Counted from the first letter of the stretch, positions 9,524 through 19,882 are shown. The stretch is DNA of 64,000 bases from Planctomycetota bacterium (GCA_022072415.1 JAJVHW010000063.1:12358-76357); one strand, 5' to 3'. Numbers and translations: made by a program. The notes: generated by a model not told the origin, from the sequence alone.

Positions 9524-11731
9524 CTACTTCGGCAGCGTCCTCACGGCGGCGATCCGCTCCAGGACGAACGCCGCTGCGGAGCCCGAGTCGGCGGAGACGG
9601 CCGACAGCGCGGGACGCGCGCCGTCGTCGATCGACACCGGGAAGACCGTCTGCGGCTTCCTCCGCCCGGCGGTGTTCACGTAGAGGATCTCGATCCACGT
9701 GCGCGAGGCCATCGCCTCGCGAAGCAGGTCGGCGAGCGCGCCCGGGGCGGGAGTCTGCCACGGAGGTCCGGCTTCGCCCGGCTGCGGCGGAGCGGGGGGT
9801 GCCGGCCGCGCCGCGTCCGGAGGTGCCTTCGACGCCGGCTTCGCCGGCGCTGCCGCCTGCGCGGGCGCGTTCCGGGAAGGTCCGGGACCCGAGGCCGCGA
9901 CTCTGCGCTTCGGCACCGGGCCGCCGAGGGCATCCGCGAGCCCGTCTCTCGCAGCCTCGAGCTGGAACAGGATGTCGTCGTCGTCCAACTCCTCGAGATC
10001 GTCGAGTTCGTCCGGTCCGAGCATTCCGACGAGGACGCGGAGCACGATGTCGTCCGAGACGATCTCGTGGACCCGGGGCCAGCGCACCTCCGGGCTCTCG
10101 GCGGGTGCCCTCCGGCGCGCGGTCCGCCCGCCTGCCGCCGGCTTCTTCGGCTTCGGCTGGGCGATGGCGGCCGAGACCGCGTCCTCGATGCGGCGGCGCA
10201 CGTTTCTCGCGAGATCGGCCGCGCCGGACCTGTCGCCCGGGCCGCCGCGGACACGCGTCGCGGCAGGGGCGGCCGTACCGTGGCCGCGCTTCTCCGCCTC
10301 TCGCACGACCTCGCGCAGCGCCGATTCGGCGAACGCGAAGACGCCCGGCGCGATCTCCCGCTCGAAGTGGCGATGCGCACGCAGGAACGCCCTCTGCTCC
10401 TCCGACTCCGCCACGATCACCGCGCCCTTCCACGCGATCATCGGAGCGCTCGATCGCGCCCACCCGCGCAGGGTCGCGGCGACGTTCTCGGGGACCGGAC
10501 CGGCGCTCCGGGACGCGAGGAGCGCGACAGGGTCGCCCGCCCCTGCGGCGACGGCCGTGCCCCGGGCCATCGACTCGCGCGAGATCCGGAACGTGGCGAC
10601 GCGGTCGAACCGCGCCAGCGACGCCACCGCCGAGAGGCGGGCCACGTCCGCGGGCGGCGTGTCCTCCGGCACGAGGACGTCGTAGTTCGGCTGGACGATC
10701 CAGCGGCCGTCCGCCGCCGCGGCGGACGGCGCGATCGCGTACCTCGGGTCCTCGGCGTCGCCGCCCGCGGTCACGAGCCCCATCATGTGCAGTTCGCGGA
10801 GCGCGTGCATGAGTTCACGCGGCCTCGGCTTCGTCGTGCGGCCGTACGAGAACCCGGCGGCCTCGGCCCGATGCAGGTCGCCCAGCATCTCCGCGATCCG
10901 GTCCGGCGTCGCGGCCTCGCCGGGGGTCGCCCGCTCGATCCGCGTCAGGGCGGCGAGCATGCGCGCCGACTCGTCGAACTCACCGTTGTCGTGATGGAAG
11001 GATGCAAGCGCCAAGTCGTGGTCCGACGCTCCGAGGGCGCGGTCGAGCGACGAGAAGTCGGTCGTGAGTGCCCGGTCGTGGCGCGATGCGTCGACGTGCA
11101 GCACCCTGAGGTCCTCGAGAATGGAGACCACGCGGGCAAGCGCAGGGCGGGGGACGACGTCGAACCCGTGCGCCTTCTCCGTCTTGTCGTGCCACGCGGC
11201 GTAGATCTGCCCGTCCCCCCGCACGCGCACGGGCAGGTGCGAGGCGAGCGCTGCCACGCAGCCGAGGAGGAAACCCCACCGCGCGGGCGGGACCGTGCCC
11301 GGAGCCGCCGAGAATCGGGAGAACGCGCCCGGGAGGAGCGCGGGTCCCGTGCCGGGCGGAAGTTCCCAGTCCCATGCCGTGCCGGACACCCAGCCGGCGG
11401 CCGTCAGCGCCCTCCGCGCGCCGTCGATCCGCGCGTAGTTCCAGCCGAGCGACCTCGCCAGCAGTTCGTGCGGGGCGTCGCTCCATGAAGAGTCTCCCGC
11501 CGCGGCCTTCGCCAGCGCGAGGTCCCGGGCGTCCTCCGGCAGCGCGGCGAACGCCTGCCGGACCCGGGCCCCGTCCGCCAGCGCGGCCGCCAGATCGTCC
11601 GGGTGCGGACCCCTGTCCCGCGGGTGATGCACCCCGAGCGACGCGGCAAGTCGGCCGGCCGCCGACTTCTCCATCGCCGCCTGCCACGCGCGCACGGCCG
11701 CGACCGTCACTCCGGCTGCGAGCGCGGTCAC
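9524..11731 (-). CDS. Helicase-associated protein, partner of bacterial XPB (similar arrangement to the mycobacterial XPB neighbour)
   Basis: This is the 3' part of the 1347-aa ORF 9524..13567. Only this part has a non-shadow composition. A GTG at 11731 overlaps the XPB stop (GTGA). An alternative ATG (MEKSAAG) lies a little downstream. It contains the acidic stretch DELDDLEELDDDDILFQLE and a Pro/Ala-rich linker. Confidence 0.6.
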   Translation of the reverse strand: MTALAAGVTVAAVRAWQAAMEKSAAGRLAASLGVHHPRDRGPHPDDLAAALADGARVRQAFAALPEDARDLALAKAAAGDSSWSDAPHELLARSLGWNYARIDGARRALTAAGWVSGTAWDWELPPGTGPALLPGAFSRFSAAPGTVPPARWGFLLGCVAALASHLPVRVRGDGQIYAAWHDKTEKAHGFDVVPRPALARVVSILEDLRVLHVDASRHDRALTTDFSSLDRALGASDHDLALASFHHDNGEFDESARMLAALTRIERATPGEAATPDRIAEMLGDLHRAEAAGFSYGRTTKPRPRELMHALRELHMMGLVTAGGDAEDPRYAIAPSAAAADGRWIVQPNYDVLVPEDTPPADVARLSAVASLARFDRVATFRISRESMARGTAVAAGAGDPVALLASRSAGPVPENVAATLRGWARSSAPMIAWKGAVIVAESEEQRAFLRAHRHFEREIAPGVFAFAESALREVVREAEKRGHGTAAPAATRVRGGPGDRSGAADLARNVRRRIEDAVSAAIAQPKPKKPAAGGRTARRRAPAESPEVRWPRVHEIVSDDIVLRVLVGMLGPDELDDLEELDDDDILFQLEAARDGLADALGGPVPKRRVAASGPGPSRNAPAQAAAPAKPASKAPPDAARPAPPAPPQPGEAGPPWQTPAPGALADLLREAMASRTWIEILYVNTAGRRKPQTVFPVSIDDGARPALSAVSADSGSAAAFVLERIAAVRTLPK

Positions 11732-13392
11732 GAGGCCGCCTCCGCCGCCGGCGTCCACTCCTCCACGCGGTACCGGTAGCCCTGCTCGGCGAGGAACCGC
11801 TGACGGCGCATGGCGTAGTCTTCCTCGATCGTGTCCTTCGACACCACGGTGTAGAAGAGCGCCTTCTCCTGCTTCGGGCGGAGGATCCGCCCGAGCCGCT
11901 GCGCCTCCTCCTGGCGCGATCCGTACGTGCCCGCGACCTCGATCGCGACCGACGCCGTGGGCAGGTCCAGCGCGAACGACCCGACGCGGGACATCACGAG
12001 CGCCGGAATCTCGCCGCGCCGGAAGCGCTCGTAGATCGCCGCGCGTGCTTCGGACGGAACCTCGCCGCAGACGAACGGGGCGCCGATCCGTTCCGCGATC
12101 CGGCGCAGCTGCGAGATGTAGGTGCCCATCACCAGCGCCTGGCGGTCCGGGTGCCGCGCGAGGAGCGACGTGACCGCCGCGTCCTTCGCGACGCACTCCG
12201 ACGCGATGCGGAACCGCTCCGGCGGTTCGGCGTTCGAGTAGAGGAGGCGCGTCGTGTCGTCCATCGCCACGCGGACCTCCGCGCACTCTGCCTCCGCGAT
12301 GAAGCTCTGCCGCTCGAGCGCCTTCCAGGGCACGTCGTACCGCTTGGGCCCGATCAGAGCGAACACGTCGTCCTCCCGCCCGTCCTCCCGGAGCAGCGTG
12401 GCCGTGAGCCCGAGTCGCCGCACGGCCTGGATCGACGCCGTGGCGCGGAACACGGGCGCGGGGAGCAGGTGGACCTCGTCGTAGATCACGAGTCCGAAGG
12501 ACCGCGACTGGAACAACGAGAGATGCGGGAACTGGCCGCCCCGCCGGTGCGTGAGCACCGAGTAGGTGGCCACCGTGACGGGGCGCACTTCCTTCCTGGC
12601 GCCGGTGTAGACGCCCACCGCGTCGGCGGGCAGGTCGGTCCGCTCGCGGAACTCGCGCACCCACTGCTCCACCGCGGCGTCGCTCGTGGCGAGGACCAGG
12701 GTGTTCGTGCCGACCCGCGCGGCCGCGGCGATTCCCACCGCGGTCTTCCCCGCGCCGCACGGGAGCACGATGACGCCGTGTCCGCCGGTCGCGCCGTCGG
12801 CCGGCGCGAAGCATGCCGCCGCGGCGCGCTGGTATGCGCGGAGCGAGAACGTGTCGTCGTCGCGCACCGTGAACCGCAGCGGCTCCCCCGCGCCGAAGCC
12901 CGCCGCATCCTCCACGGGGTATCCGAGCTTCACGAGCGCCCACTTCACGTCGCCGCGATGAAGCGGGTCCACGCCGAACGCGCGATCGCCGTCGCGTCCC
13001 GTCAGGAACTTCGCGGCCTTCGGCGACGCTGCCACCTCGGTCGCGAGCAGCGGGTCCGAAACGACCAGGCGCAGCCCGTCGCCCTGCCGATCGAGGCGCA
13101 GCCGCCCGTACCGCGAGCACCATGCGTCGATGTTCGCGACCACGTTCTGGGGGATGCCCCAGCGCGACCACCGCCCGAGGTCGATCTTCACGTCGTCCGC
13201 GCCGCGCCCCATCGCCAGGGCGTTCCACACGGAGATGGCCGACAGCCGGTAGGTGTGGACGTGCTCCGGCGCCGACACGACCTCCGCGTACGGCGCAAGC
13301 GCCTCCCGCGCCTCGTCGTGGAGGGGGTGGTGCGCGTCGAGCAGGATCGACCCGTCGGCCTGGATGACGACCGGATGGTCTGCCGTGAACAT
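11728..13392 (-). CDS. XPB/ERCC3/RAD25-like SF2 DNA helicase
   Basis: Walker A VLPCGAGKT, DEVH box (VIYDEVHLL), LGLTATLLRED, a C-terminal helicase lobe (MSRVGSFALDLP) and motif VI (QEEAQRLGRILRP). The N-terminal domain and overall size match bacterial XPB. Confidence 0.9.
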   Translation of the reverse strand: MFTADHPVVIQADGSILLDAHHPLHDEAREALAPYAEVVSAPEHVHTYRLSAISVWNALAMGRGADDVKIDLGRWSRWGIPQNVVANIDAWCSRYGRLRLDRQGDGLRLVVSDPLLATEVAASPKAAKFLTGRDGDRAFGVDPLHRGDVKWALVKLGYPVEDAAGFGAGEPLRFTVRDDDTFSLRAYQRAAAACFAPADGATGGHGVIVLPCGAGKTAVGIAAAARVGTNTLVLATSDAAVEQWVREFRERTDLPADAVGVYTGARKEVRPVTVATYSVLTHRRGGQFPHLSLFQSRSFGLVIYDEVHLLPAPVFRATASIQAVRRLGLTATLLREDGREDDVFALIGPKRYDVPWKALERQSFIAEAECAEVRVAMDDTTRLLYSNAEPPERFRIASECVAKDAAVTSLLARHPDRQALVMGTYISQLRRIAERIGAPFVCGEVPSEARAAIYERFRRGEIPALVMSRVGSFALDLPTASVAIEVAGTYGSRQEEAQRLGRILRPKQEKALFYTVVSKDTIEEDYAMRRQRFLAEQGYRYRVEEWTPAAEAAS

Positions 13393-13454
13393 GATCCGCG
13401 AATGATCGCCGACGCGGGGGACACGGGGACGCGGCGCCAGCGCCTGCCCCCGCG

Positions 13455-13626
13455 GTGGGGCAGCACCCGGGAGCCGCGACGACGATCACCCTGCCGTTCC
13501 GCGAGGACGCGTCCGCCGCTCTGCGCCGCTCGCCGGAGGCGTTCGCAGCGGAGATGCGACTCGCCACGATCGACCGGTGCCGACAGGGTGTCGTCGCCCG
13601 GGGACGCGCGGCGTTGCTGGACCGGC
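13455..13626 (+). pseudogene. Possible truncated UPF0175-type antitoxin fragment
   Basis: ITLPFREDASAALRRSPEAFAAEMRLATIDRCRQGVVARGRAALL resembles the first half of UPF0175 proteins. High GC3 is lost after about 13626, where many A/T third positions appear. No partner toxin is visible. Confidence 0.25.
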
Positions 13627-13811
13627 TTGCGCACCCCGACGCCTCACGCGGCAGAGCTCAAGGCGCTCGAAGGCGACGATCCGGATCGCGTCCCCGCTGG
13701 GCCCGTGGTGCGTCGCGCATCGACGCCGGGATAGACTGCTCATCCCAATCGCAGCTCGCGGGACACGACCGAGTCGGCCGCCGTGAGACTGCCCGACGTC
13801 ACTGGAGACGG

Positions 13812-14003
13812 ATGGAGCGGGTCTACCTCCCGGGGTTGCACGGACTGCGGTTCTTCGCCGCCCCCGCAGTCGTCGTGCATCACGTCGAACAGTTCAAGAA
13901 GGCGGCGATGCTCCCGCACGGATTCCGGAACCCGTGGATCTTCGGAGTCGGCTCGGCGGCCGTGACGTGGTTGTTCGCGCTGAGCGGATTCCTCATCACC
14001 TAT
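13812..14003 (+). pseudogene. N-terminal fragment (64 aa) of an acyltransferase-3 (OafA-like) membrane protein
   Basis: MERVYLPGLHGLRFFAAPAVVVHH...AAVTWLFALSGFLITY matches the first two TM segments of acyltransferase family 3. Similarity and coding bias end after FLITY, and the remaining ~300 aa are absent. Confidence 0.5.
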
Positions 14004-14208
14004 CGCCGCCGCGTCCGCCAGTTGGATCTTGATCGAGCGGCCGATCCTCCGCTGGAAGTCGTGGTTCACCGTGGTGCCGTCCGGCCCCGCGACCGGGCGG
14101 CCATGAGTTCGTCGAGCTCGGACCGGACAGGCGCGGCTCGAACCCGACTGCCCGACGCGGCGATGGCGCCCGCGCGCCGCGCTGACCGGCGCTGCCGTCA
14201 TCCGAAAC

Positions 14209-15063
14209 TCAAAGCAGCCGCTTCCTCACCGCCGCGGACAGCACGTCCACGGTGAGGACGAGGGCCATCACGGCGACGAGGTAGGTCGCGAAGGCGCGGT
14301 AGTCGAACCAGTCGAGGGAGTCCTTCAGGTGGCGGCCGATGCCGCCGGCGCCGACGATGCCGAGGACGGCGGCCTCGCGGACGTTCACCTCGAATCGGTA
14401 GAGCGTGTACGAGGCGAGCGGGGCGCGGCACTGGGGGAGGGCTCCCCACACGAAGATGCGGAACGGCGACGCGCCGGCGGCGCGGAGGGCCTCGAGCGGG
14501 CGCGTGTCGGCGTGGTCGAGCGCGGTCGCGTAGAGGCGCGAGAGGACGCCGCCGGTGTGGAGGCCGATCGCGACGGCGCCGGGGAACGGGCCGATGCGGA
14601 GGAGGACGATCAGGAGCATCGCCCAGACGAGGTACGGCACGGTGCGGAGGCCGTTCGCGAGCAGCCGCGCGGACTGGTGCATCGTCCACGCGAAGGCGCG
14701 GGACGGGAACGGGCGGTCGTCGTCCACGAGCGGCCCCTCGACGTGGAGCACGCGCGACGCCCACGGGAGGAGCGCCACGCCGATCACCGCGCCGATGGCC
14801 GTGCCGACGAGCGAGATCGCGAACGTCTCCCACGCGCCGCGCGCGGCGTTCGCCAGCGCCGCCGACGAGAGGTCGAATCCGCGGAGCTTCGCGCACCACG
14901 CGCCGAGCGCGTCGAGCCCCTCGCCGGTGAAGAGGCGGAACGGATCGAAGCCGAGCCGCACCGCCGAGAGGACGACGCCCGCGACGATGGCCGCCGAGAG
15001 CGCGAGCGCGGCCCACGGGACGGGGCGGCGGGGGACGGACGCGGAAGGCGCGCCCGCGCTCAC
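14209..15063 (-). CDS. phnE: Phosphonate ABC transporter permease
   Basis: PhnE-like sequence: LRTVPYLVWAMLLIVLLRIGPFPGAVAIGLHTGGVLSRLY, LEALRAAGASPFRIFVWGALPQ, EAAVLGIVGAGGIG. The GTG start overlaps the upstream stop (GTGA at 15060..15063). Confidence 0.85.
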   Translation of the reverse strand: MSAGAPSASVPRRPVPWAALALSAAIVAGVVLSAVRLGFDPFRLFTGEGLDALGAWCAKLRGFDLSSAALANAARGAWETFAISLVGTAIGAVIGVALLPWASRVLHVEGPLVDDDRPFPSRAFAWTMHQSARLLANGLRTVPYLVWAMLLIVLLRIGPFPGAVAIGLHTGGVLSRLYATALDHADTRPLEALRAAGASPFRIFVWGALPQCRAPLASYTLYRFEVNVREAAVLGIVGAGGIGRHLKDSLDWFDYRAFATYLVAVMALVLTVDVLSAAVRKRLL

Positions 15064-15892
15064 GGGAACCTCCGCTTGATCTGGTCCGACACCGTCTCGA
15101 CGAACACCACGAGCCCCATCAGGAACAGCACCGCAGTGACCATCTCGCCGTAGGCGAGGTTCAGGTGCGACTCCTCGATCTGCTGCCCGAGCCCGCCCGC
15201 GCCGACCATGCCGAGGATCGCCCCCGCGCGGATCGCGCACTCGAAGCGGTAGGCCGAGTAGCCGACCATCTCGCCCGACGCGAGCGGCAGGATCCCGAAC
15301 GCGAAGCACGCGAACCGTCCGGCGCCCACGGTCTCGAGCGCGGTGACGGGCCGGGCGTTCACCGACTCGATCTGCTCGGAGTAGACCTTCGCGAGCATGC
15401 CGCCGTACGCGAGCCCGATCGCGAGCACCGCGGCCGACGGACCGAGCCCGTAGATCCGCACGAAGAGGAGCGCCCACACGAGTTCGGGAACGCTCCGGAG
15501 CACCGCGCCGGTCCCGCGCGCCGCGAAGTACGCCGCGGTGAGCCACGGACGCCGGGGAACGTCGCCGGTGACGAAGAGTGACCCCTGCATCACCGCGCGG
15601 CTCCCGAGGATCCCCAGCGGCAGCCCGATGACGACCGCCACGGCGGTGCCGCACGCCGCGATCGCGAGCGTGTCGAGCGCGAGCGACGCGAAGCGCGAGA
15701 GCAGTTCCGCGCCGCCGGCCGGCGGCCACGCGCGCGCCGCGAAGTCGGCGCCGTTCTCGCGCGCCATCGGCGAGAAGAACGCCCACGGCCTGAACTCGAC
15801 GGAGACGAGCGACGCCGCGCCGAGCAGCGCGAGAAGGCCCCACGACGCGAAGCGGAACGTCCGCCGGTCGCCGACGTGAAGCGCCTCCGCGT

Positions 15893-15896
<4 letters not shown>
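15060..15896 (-). CDS. phnE: Phosphonate ABC transporter permease (second copy)
   Basis: LRSVPELVWALLFVRIYGLGPSAAVLAIGLAYGGMLAKVY, ALETVGAGRFACFAFGILP, GAILGMVGAGGLG. The GTG start overlaps the phnC stop (GTGA at 15893..15896). Confidence 0.85.
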
Positions 15897-16747
<851 letters not shown>

Positions 16748-16748
16748 G

Positions 16749-17705
16749 TCAGTCCTTGAGCATCCCCGCGGCGCGGGCGGCCGCCTCGATGTCGGCCCAT
16801 CCGCCCTCGGGGCAGGCGACGTACTTCGACGCCTTGTGGCCGTCGAGCAGCGCCTTGTCCTCGGGCTTCGCCGGATCGAGCGACGTGAACGCCTTGGCGA
16901 CCGCCGCGCGGAGCCCCGCGGGCAGGTCCTTCCGCATCACCCAGCAGTAGTCCACGTACTCGGGCGTCGTGTGGAAGACCTCGCACTTGAGGGCCTTGTC
17001 GCCCTCCTTCGCCTTGCGCTTCTCCCACGAGAGGTAGTTGAGCGCGCCCGCCTCGACGGCGCCGTCGGCGACGAGGTCGATCGTCTCGTCGTGGTTCTTC
17101 GAGTGGTTCGTCTTCGCGAAGTCCTTCGCGGGGTCGAGGCCGGCCGTCATCAGGAAGAACCGGGGCATCAGGTGGCCCGACGTGGACGAGTTGCTGCCGA
17201 ACGTGAACGTCTTCCCCTTGAGGTCGGCGAGCGACGCGATGGCCGAGCCCTTCGGCTTGATGAAGACCGACTTGAACTTCAGGTCCTCGGCGCGGGTGGC
17301 GACGCGCTCCGCGTTCCCGCTGCTCTCGCGGATCGCCTGGACGGACGTGTAGCCGCCGTACCACACGAGCTCGAGCTGCTTCGACGCGAGGCCCGTGACG
17401 GACCCGTTGTAGTCCGTGACCGGCTGGTACTCGAACGGGATGCCCACGGTCTTCGTCAGGTGCGCGGCGAACGCCTCGTGGACCTTCTTCAGGTCCTCGG
17501 CCTTGCCGTCCGGGATGCACGTCATGCGCACCTTCGCCGGCCAGCTCGCGCGGTCGTCCCCGGCGGGCTTCGGCGCCTCGGAACCGCCGCCGGCGGGCGC
17601 CGGCTTGTCGCCGCATCCGGCGAGCGGGATCGCGGCGGCGAGCGTCAGGACGGCCGCGCTGAACGCGCGGCGGGTGATGGAAACGGACACAGTCACGAGC
17701 GACAT
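16749..17705 (-). CDS. phnD: Phosphonate/phosphite ABC substrate-binding lipoprotein
   Basis: Lipobox PLAGC. PhnD-like motifs LVWYGGYTSVQA and TFTFGSNSSTSGHLMPRFF. AAGGAGGAG lies 6 nt upstream of the ATG. Confidence 0.85.
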   Translation of the reverse strand: MSLVTVSVSITRRAFSAAVLTLAAAIPLAGCGDKPAPAGGGSEAPKPAGDDRASWPAKVRMTCIPDGKAEDLKKVHEAFAAHLTKTVGIPFEYQPVTDYNGSVTGLASKQLELVWYGGYTSVQAIRESSGNAERVATRAEDLKFKSVFIKPKGSAIASLADLKGKTFTFGSNSSTSGHLMPRFFLMTAGLDPAKDFAKTNHSKNHDETIDLVADGAVEAGALNYLSWEKRKAKEGDKALKCEVFHTTPEYVDYCWVMRKDLPAGLRAAVAKAFTSLDPAKPEDKALLDGHKASKYVACPEGGWADIEAAARAAGMLKD

Positions 17706-17999
17706 GGGTCTCTCCTCCTTGGAACAGTCCTTCGAACCAGGAACCGCCGACGGAGGGACCCGTCCCGCCCTTTCGCCCGGGCGGCGGGAGGAGCTTCGGT
17801 CCTCAGACGCGCGGGATCACGGCGAGCGCCCTCCGCACGGCACGCGTGCGGTGGCTGCTGCGGCCTCAGCCGTACCCGCGGGTGCGGGACGGGCAGATGC
17901 GCGGAGTGGTCACCGGGCCGACGATACCCGCCCCGCGGCGGCCCGGCCAATCCCTATCTGCCGCCGCGGCTGGGCCCACCGCAGGCCGCCCGCGCAGGC

Positions 18000-18398
18000 T
18001 CAGCCGTGGGCGTCCACGCGCACCTCGACCGCGTACCCCGCCCGCGCCCCGAAGACCCGCACGAACACCCGGTCGCAGAAATCGGCCACGTCGTGGTCCC
18101 GGGCGTCCCACGCGCCCAGGATCGCGTTCGAGCCGGGTTGCCACGACGACACGGACGCGCCCCGGGGCGGCGGCGCGCCGCGGCGGGGGAGTTCGTCGGC
18201 GGGGTCCTCGTCGAACGGCCAGGCGAGGTTCAGCTCGCCGTCGAGCCACTGGATCCAGACGTCGGGGTCGCCGCGGCCGTCGTCGCCGAGGAGTTCGAAC
18301 GTCACGAACTTCCGCCCGCCGGTCGGCCAGACCTCGCGGAGCCCGGCGAGCATGGCGTCGCGGGCGGCGGGGCGCGGTGCCGGACCGGAGCGGGGCAT
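18000..18398 (-). CDS. Hypothetical small protein (132 aa)
   Basis: This is the 3' part of ORF 18000..18899. It starts from MPRSGP (ATG ending at 18398; alternative MLAGL at 18353). Composition is ordinary (FVTFELLGDD, WIQWLDGELNLAWPFDEDP) and GC3 is high. No family recognised. Confidence 0.4.
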   Translation of the reverse strand: MPRSGPAPRPAARDAMLAGLREVWPTGGRKFVTFELLGDDGRGDPDVWIQWLDGELNLAWPFDEDPADELPRRGAPPPRGASVSSWQPGSNAILGAWDARDHDVADFCDRVFVRVFGARAGYAVEVRVDAHG

Positions 18399-18477
18399 GG
18401 CGGCAGGTTCGCGCGGCGGCCGGGGGGCGTGTCCGCGAAATCGGGCGCGGGGCGGGGCCGGGCGGGATGATGCGGGG

Positions 18478-18966
18478 ATGAGCACGAAGAGCACGTTCCG
18501 CGTCGCAGCCGTCGCCGCCCTCGCGGCGGTCGTGGTCGCCGCATCGCCCGGATGCGCGGGGTCGGGGCGCCCGTCGCGGGGACCGTCGGGAGGCGGGGCG
18601 CACGGGACCGACGGCGACGTCGTCCGCACCGGACCGTCGATGCAGGGCGGCGAGTCCGGCCCGGCGCCGCGCACGACGCCGCCGAACCCGAACTGGCCGC
18701 CCTCGACCGGCTCCGCCCCGTCGTCGAGCTCCAAGGAGAACGCGTACTCCGTCACGTACGTGCTCAAGGTGACGGGGATGAACTGCCCGATCCGCTGCGT
18801 CCGCGAGGTGCGCGAGATCCTCGAGCCGATCCCGGGCGTCCAGCAGGTCGTCATCGACCAGCCGACCGGCAAGGTCACCTGCCACTGCAACCCCGGCACC
18901 GACCCGCAGACCCTCGTCGCGGCGTTCGAGGGGCAGAAGTACTACGCCGCGAAGCTCGCCGACTAG
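18478..18966 (+). CDS. Lipoprotein with a C-terminal heavy-metal-associated (HMA)-like domain
   Basis: Internal ATG of ORF 17416..18966. Signal and lipobox AASPGC. The C-terminus YVLKVTGMNCPIRCVREVREILEPIPGVQQVVID...LVAAFEGQKYYAAKL follows the HMA ferredoxin-like pattern, but with CxxxC (CPIRC) instead of CxxC. Confidence 0.6.
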   Translation: MSTKSTFRVAAVAALAAVVVAASPGCAGSGRPSRGPSGGGAHGTDGDVVRTGPSMQGGESGPAPRTTPPNPNWPPSTGSAPSSSSKENAYSVTYVLKVTGMNCPIRCVREVREILEPIPGVQQVVIDQPTGKVTCHCNPGTDPQTLVAAFEGQKYYAAKLAD

Positions 18967-19029
18967 GCGTCGCTGGAGGCGTCCGGGGGGCCGCCCCGGT
19001 GTCCCCGTTCTCCCGTACCATCGGGGGCG

Positions 19030-19791
19030 ATGAAGAAGGGCCTCGGCCGCGGACTGGGCACGCTCGTGCCGCTGGAGCCCGTCGGCGCCGACGGCGACGC
19101 GCGGCTCGACGACGCCATCCGCCGCTCGGCGGGGCCGCCGGTGCTGTCGCTGTCCGGCGAGACGATCGACGACATCGTGCGGCAGACGCTCGCGCTGGCG
19201 CCGGTCGCGGATACGGCGGCGCGAGGCGCGCCCACGTCCACCACACCGACGTCCACCGCGGCGGCGCCGGTGCTCCGCTCGTCGGGCCGCGAGCCGGTCG
19301 CGTCCGCGCCCGACGCCGCGACTGACGGGATCCTCCCGTCCGCGGATATCGTGGCCGTTCCTCCCGAGGAGCCCGCCCCCGACGTGCGCCGCCGCGACGC
19401 GAACGACCCGCGCCAGTTCAGCCTGTTCGACGCCTCCTCGGCGCCGGGCGCGGTCTCCGAATCCGCCGCCCGGCCCGCGCCCGTGACGGCCCGCGTCGCG
19501 CCTGAGGTGGTGCCTGCCGTCACGCAAGCTGTGGCGCAAGCCGTGGCGCCAACCGTCCCGACCGTCGCTGCCCCGATCGACGACCCCGTCGTCTCCGACG
19601 TCTACCTCGACGACATGATCGTGTTCTCCGACCCCGCGCCCGAGCACGCCGAACCCGCCCCCGAACCCGCGCCGGCCCCGGTCGCCGTTCCCGCCGCCCC
19701 GCCGCCCGTGTCCCCGCGCGAGGACGCCGTCTTCCTCGACGACGACCTCTTCGTCGGCGGGATCGTCCTCCCCGACGTCGAACTCGAGTAG
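19030..19791 (+). CDS. Low-complexity Ala/Pro/Asp-rich protein with a ParB-N-terminus-like peptide
   Basis: The N-terminus MKKGLGRGLGTLVP resembles the conserved ParB N-terminal peptide. The rest is disordered and acidic. It contains QFSLF (19414..19428). GC3 is near saturation, which supports translation. Confidence 0.5.
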   Translation: MKKGLGRGLGTLVPLEPVGADGDARLDDAIRRSAGPPVLSLSGETIDDIVRQTLALAPVADTAARGAPTSTTPTSTAAAPVLRSSGREPVASAPDAATDGILPSADIVAVPPEEPAPDVRRRDANDPRQFSLFDASSAPGAVSESAARPAPVTARVAPEVVPAVTQAVAQAVAPTVPTVAAPIDDPVVSDVYLDDMIVFSDPAPEHAEPAPEPAPAPVAVPAAPPPVSPREDAVFLDDDLFVGGIVLPDVELE

Positions 19792-19882
19792 CCCGCAGGC
19801 TCGCGCCGCGCCGCTCCGGCCGCCCCGCGTCACCGAGGGGCCACATCGCCGCCCCGGCACACCCGTTGCGCCCCGTCGCGGC

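Noticed and set aside
9524-13567. A single 1347-aa ORF spanning both the helicase-associated gene and the XPB gene region
   Set aside because: Its N-terminal ~610 aa are Arg/Gly/Pro-rich shadow translation, out of frame over the genuine XPB gene (11728..13392). Only the part downstream of the GTG at 11731 looks like real protein.
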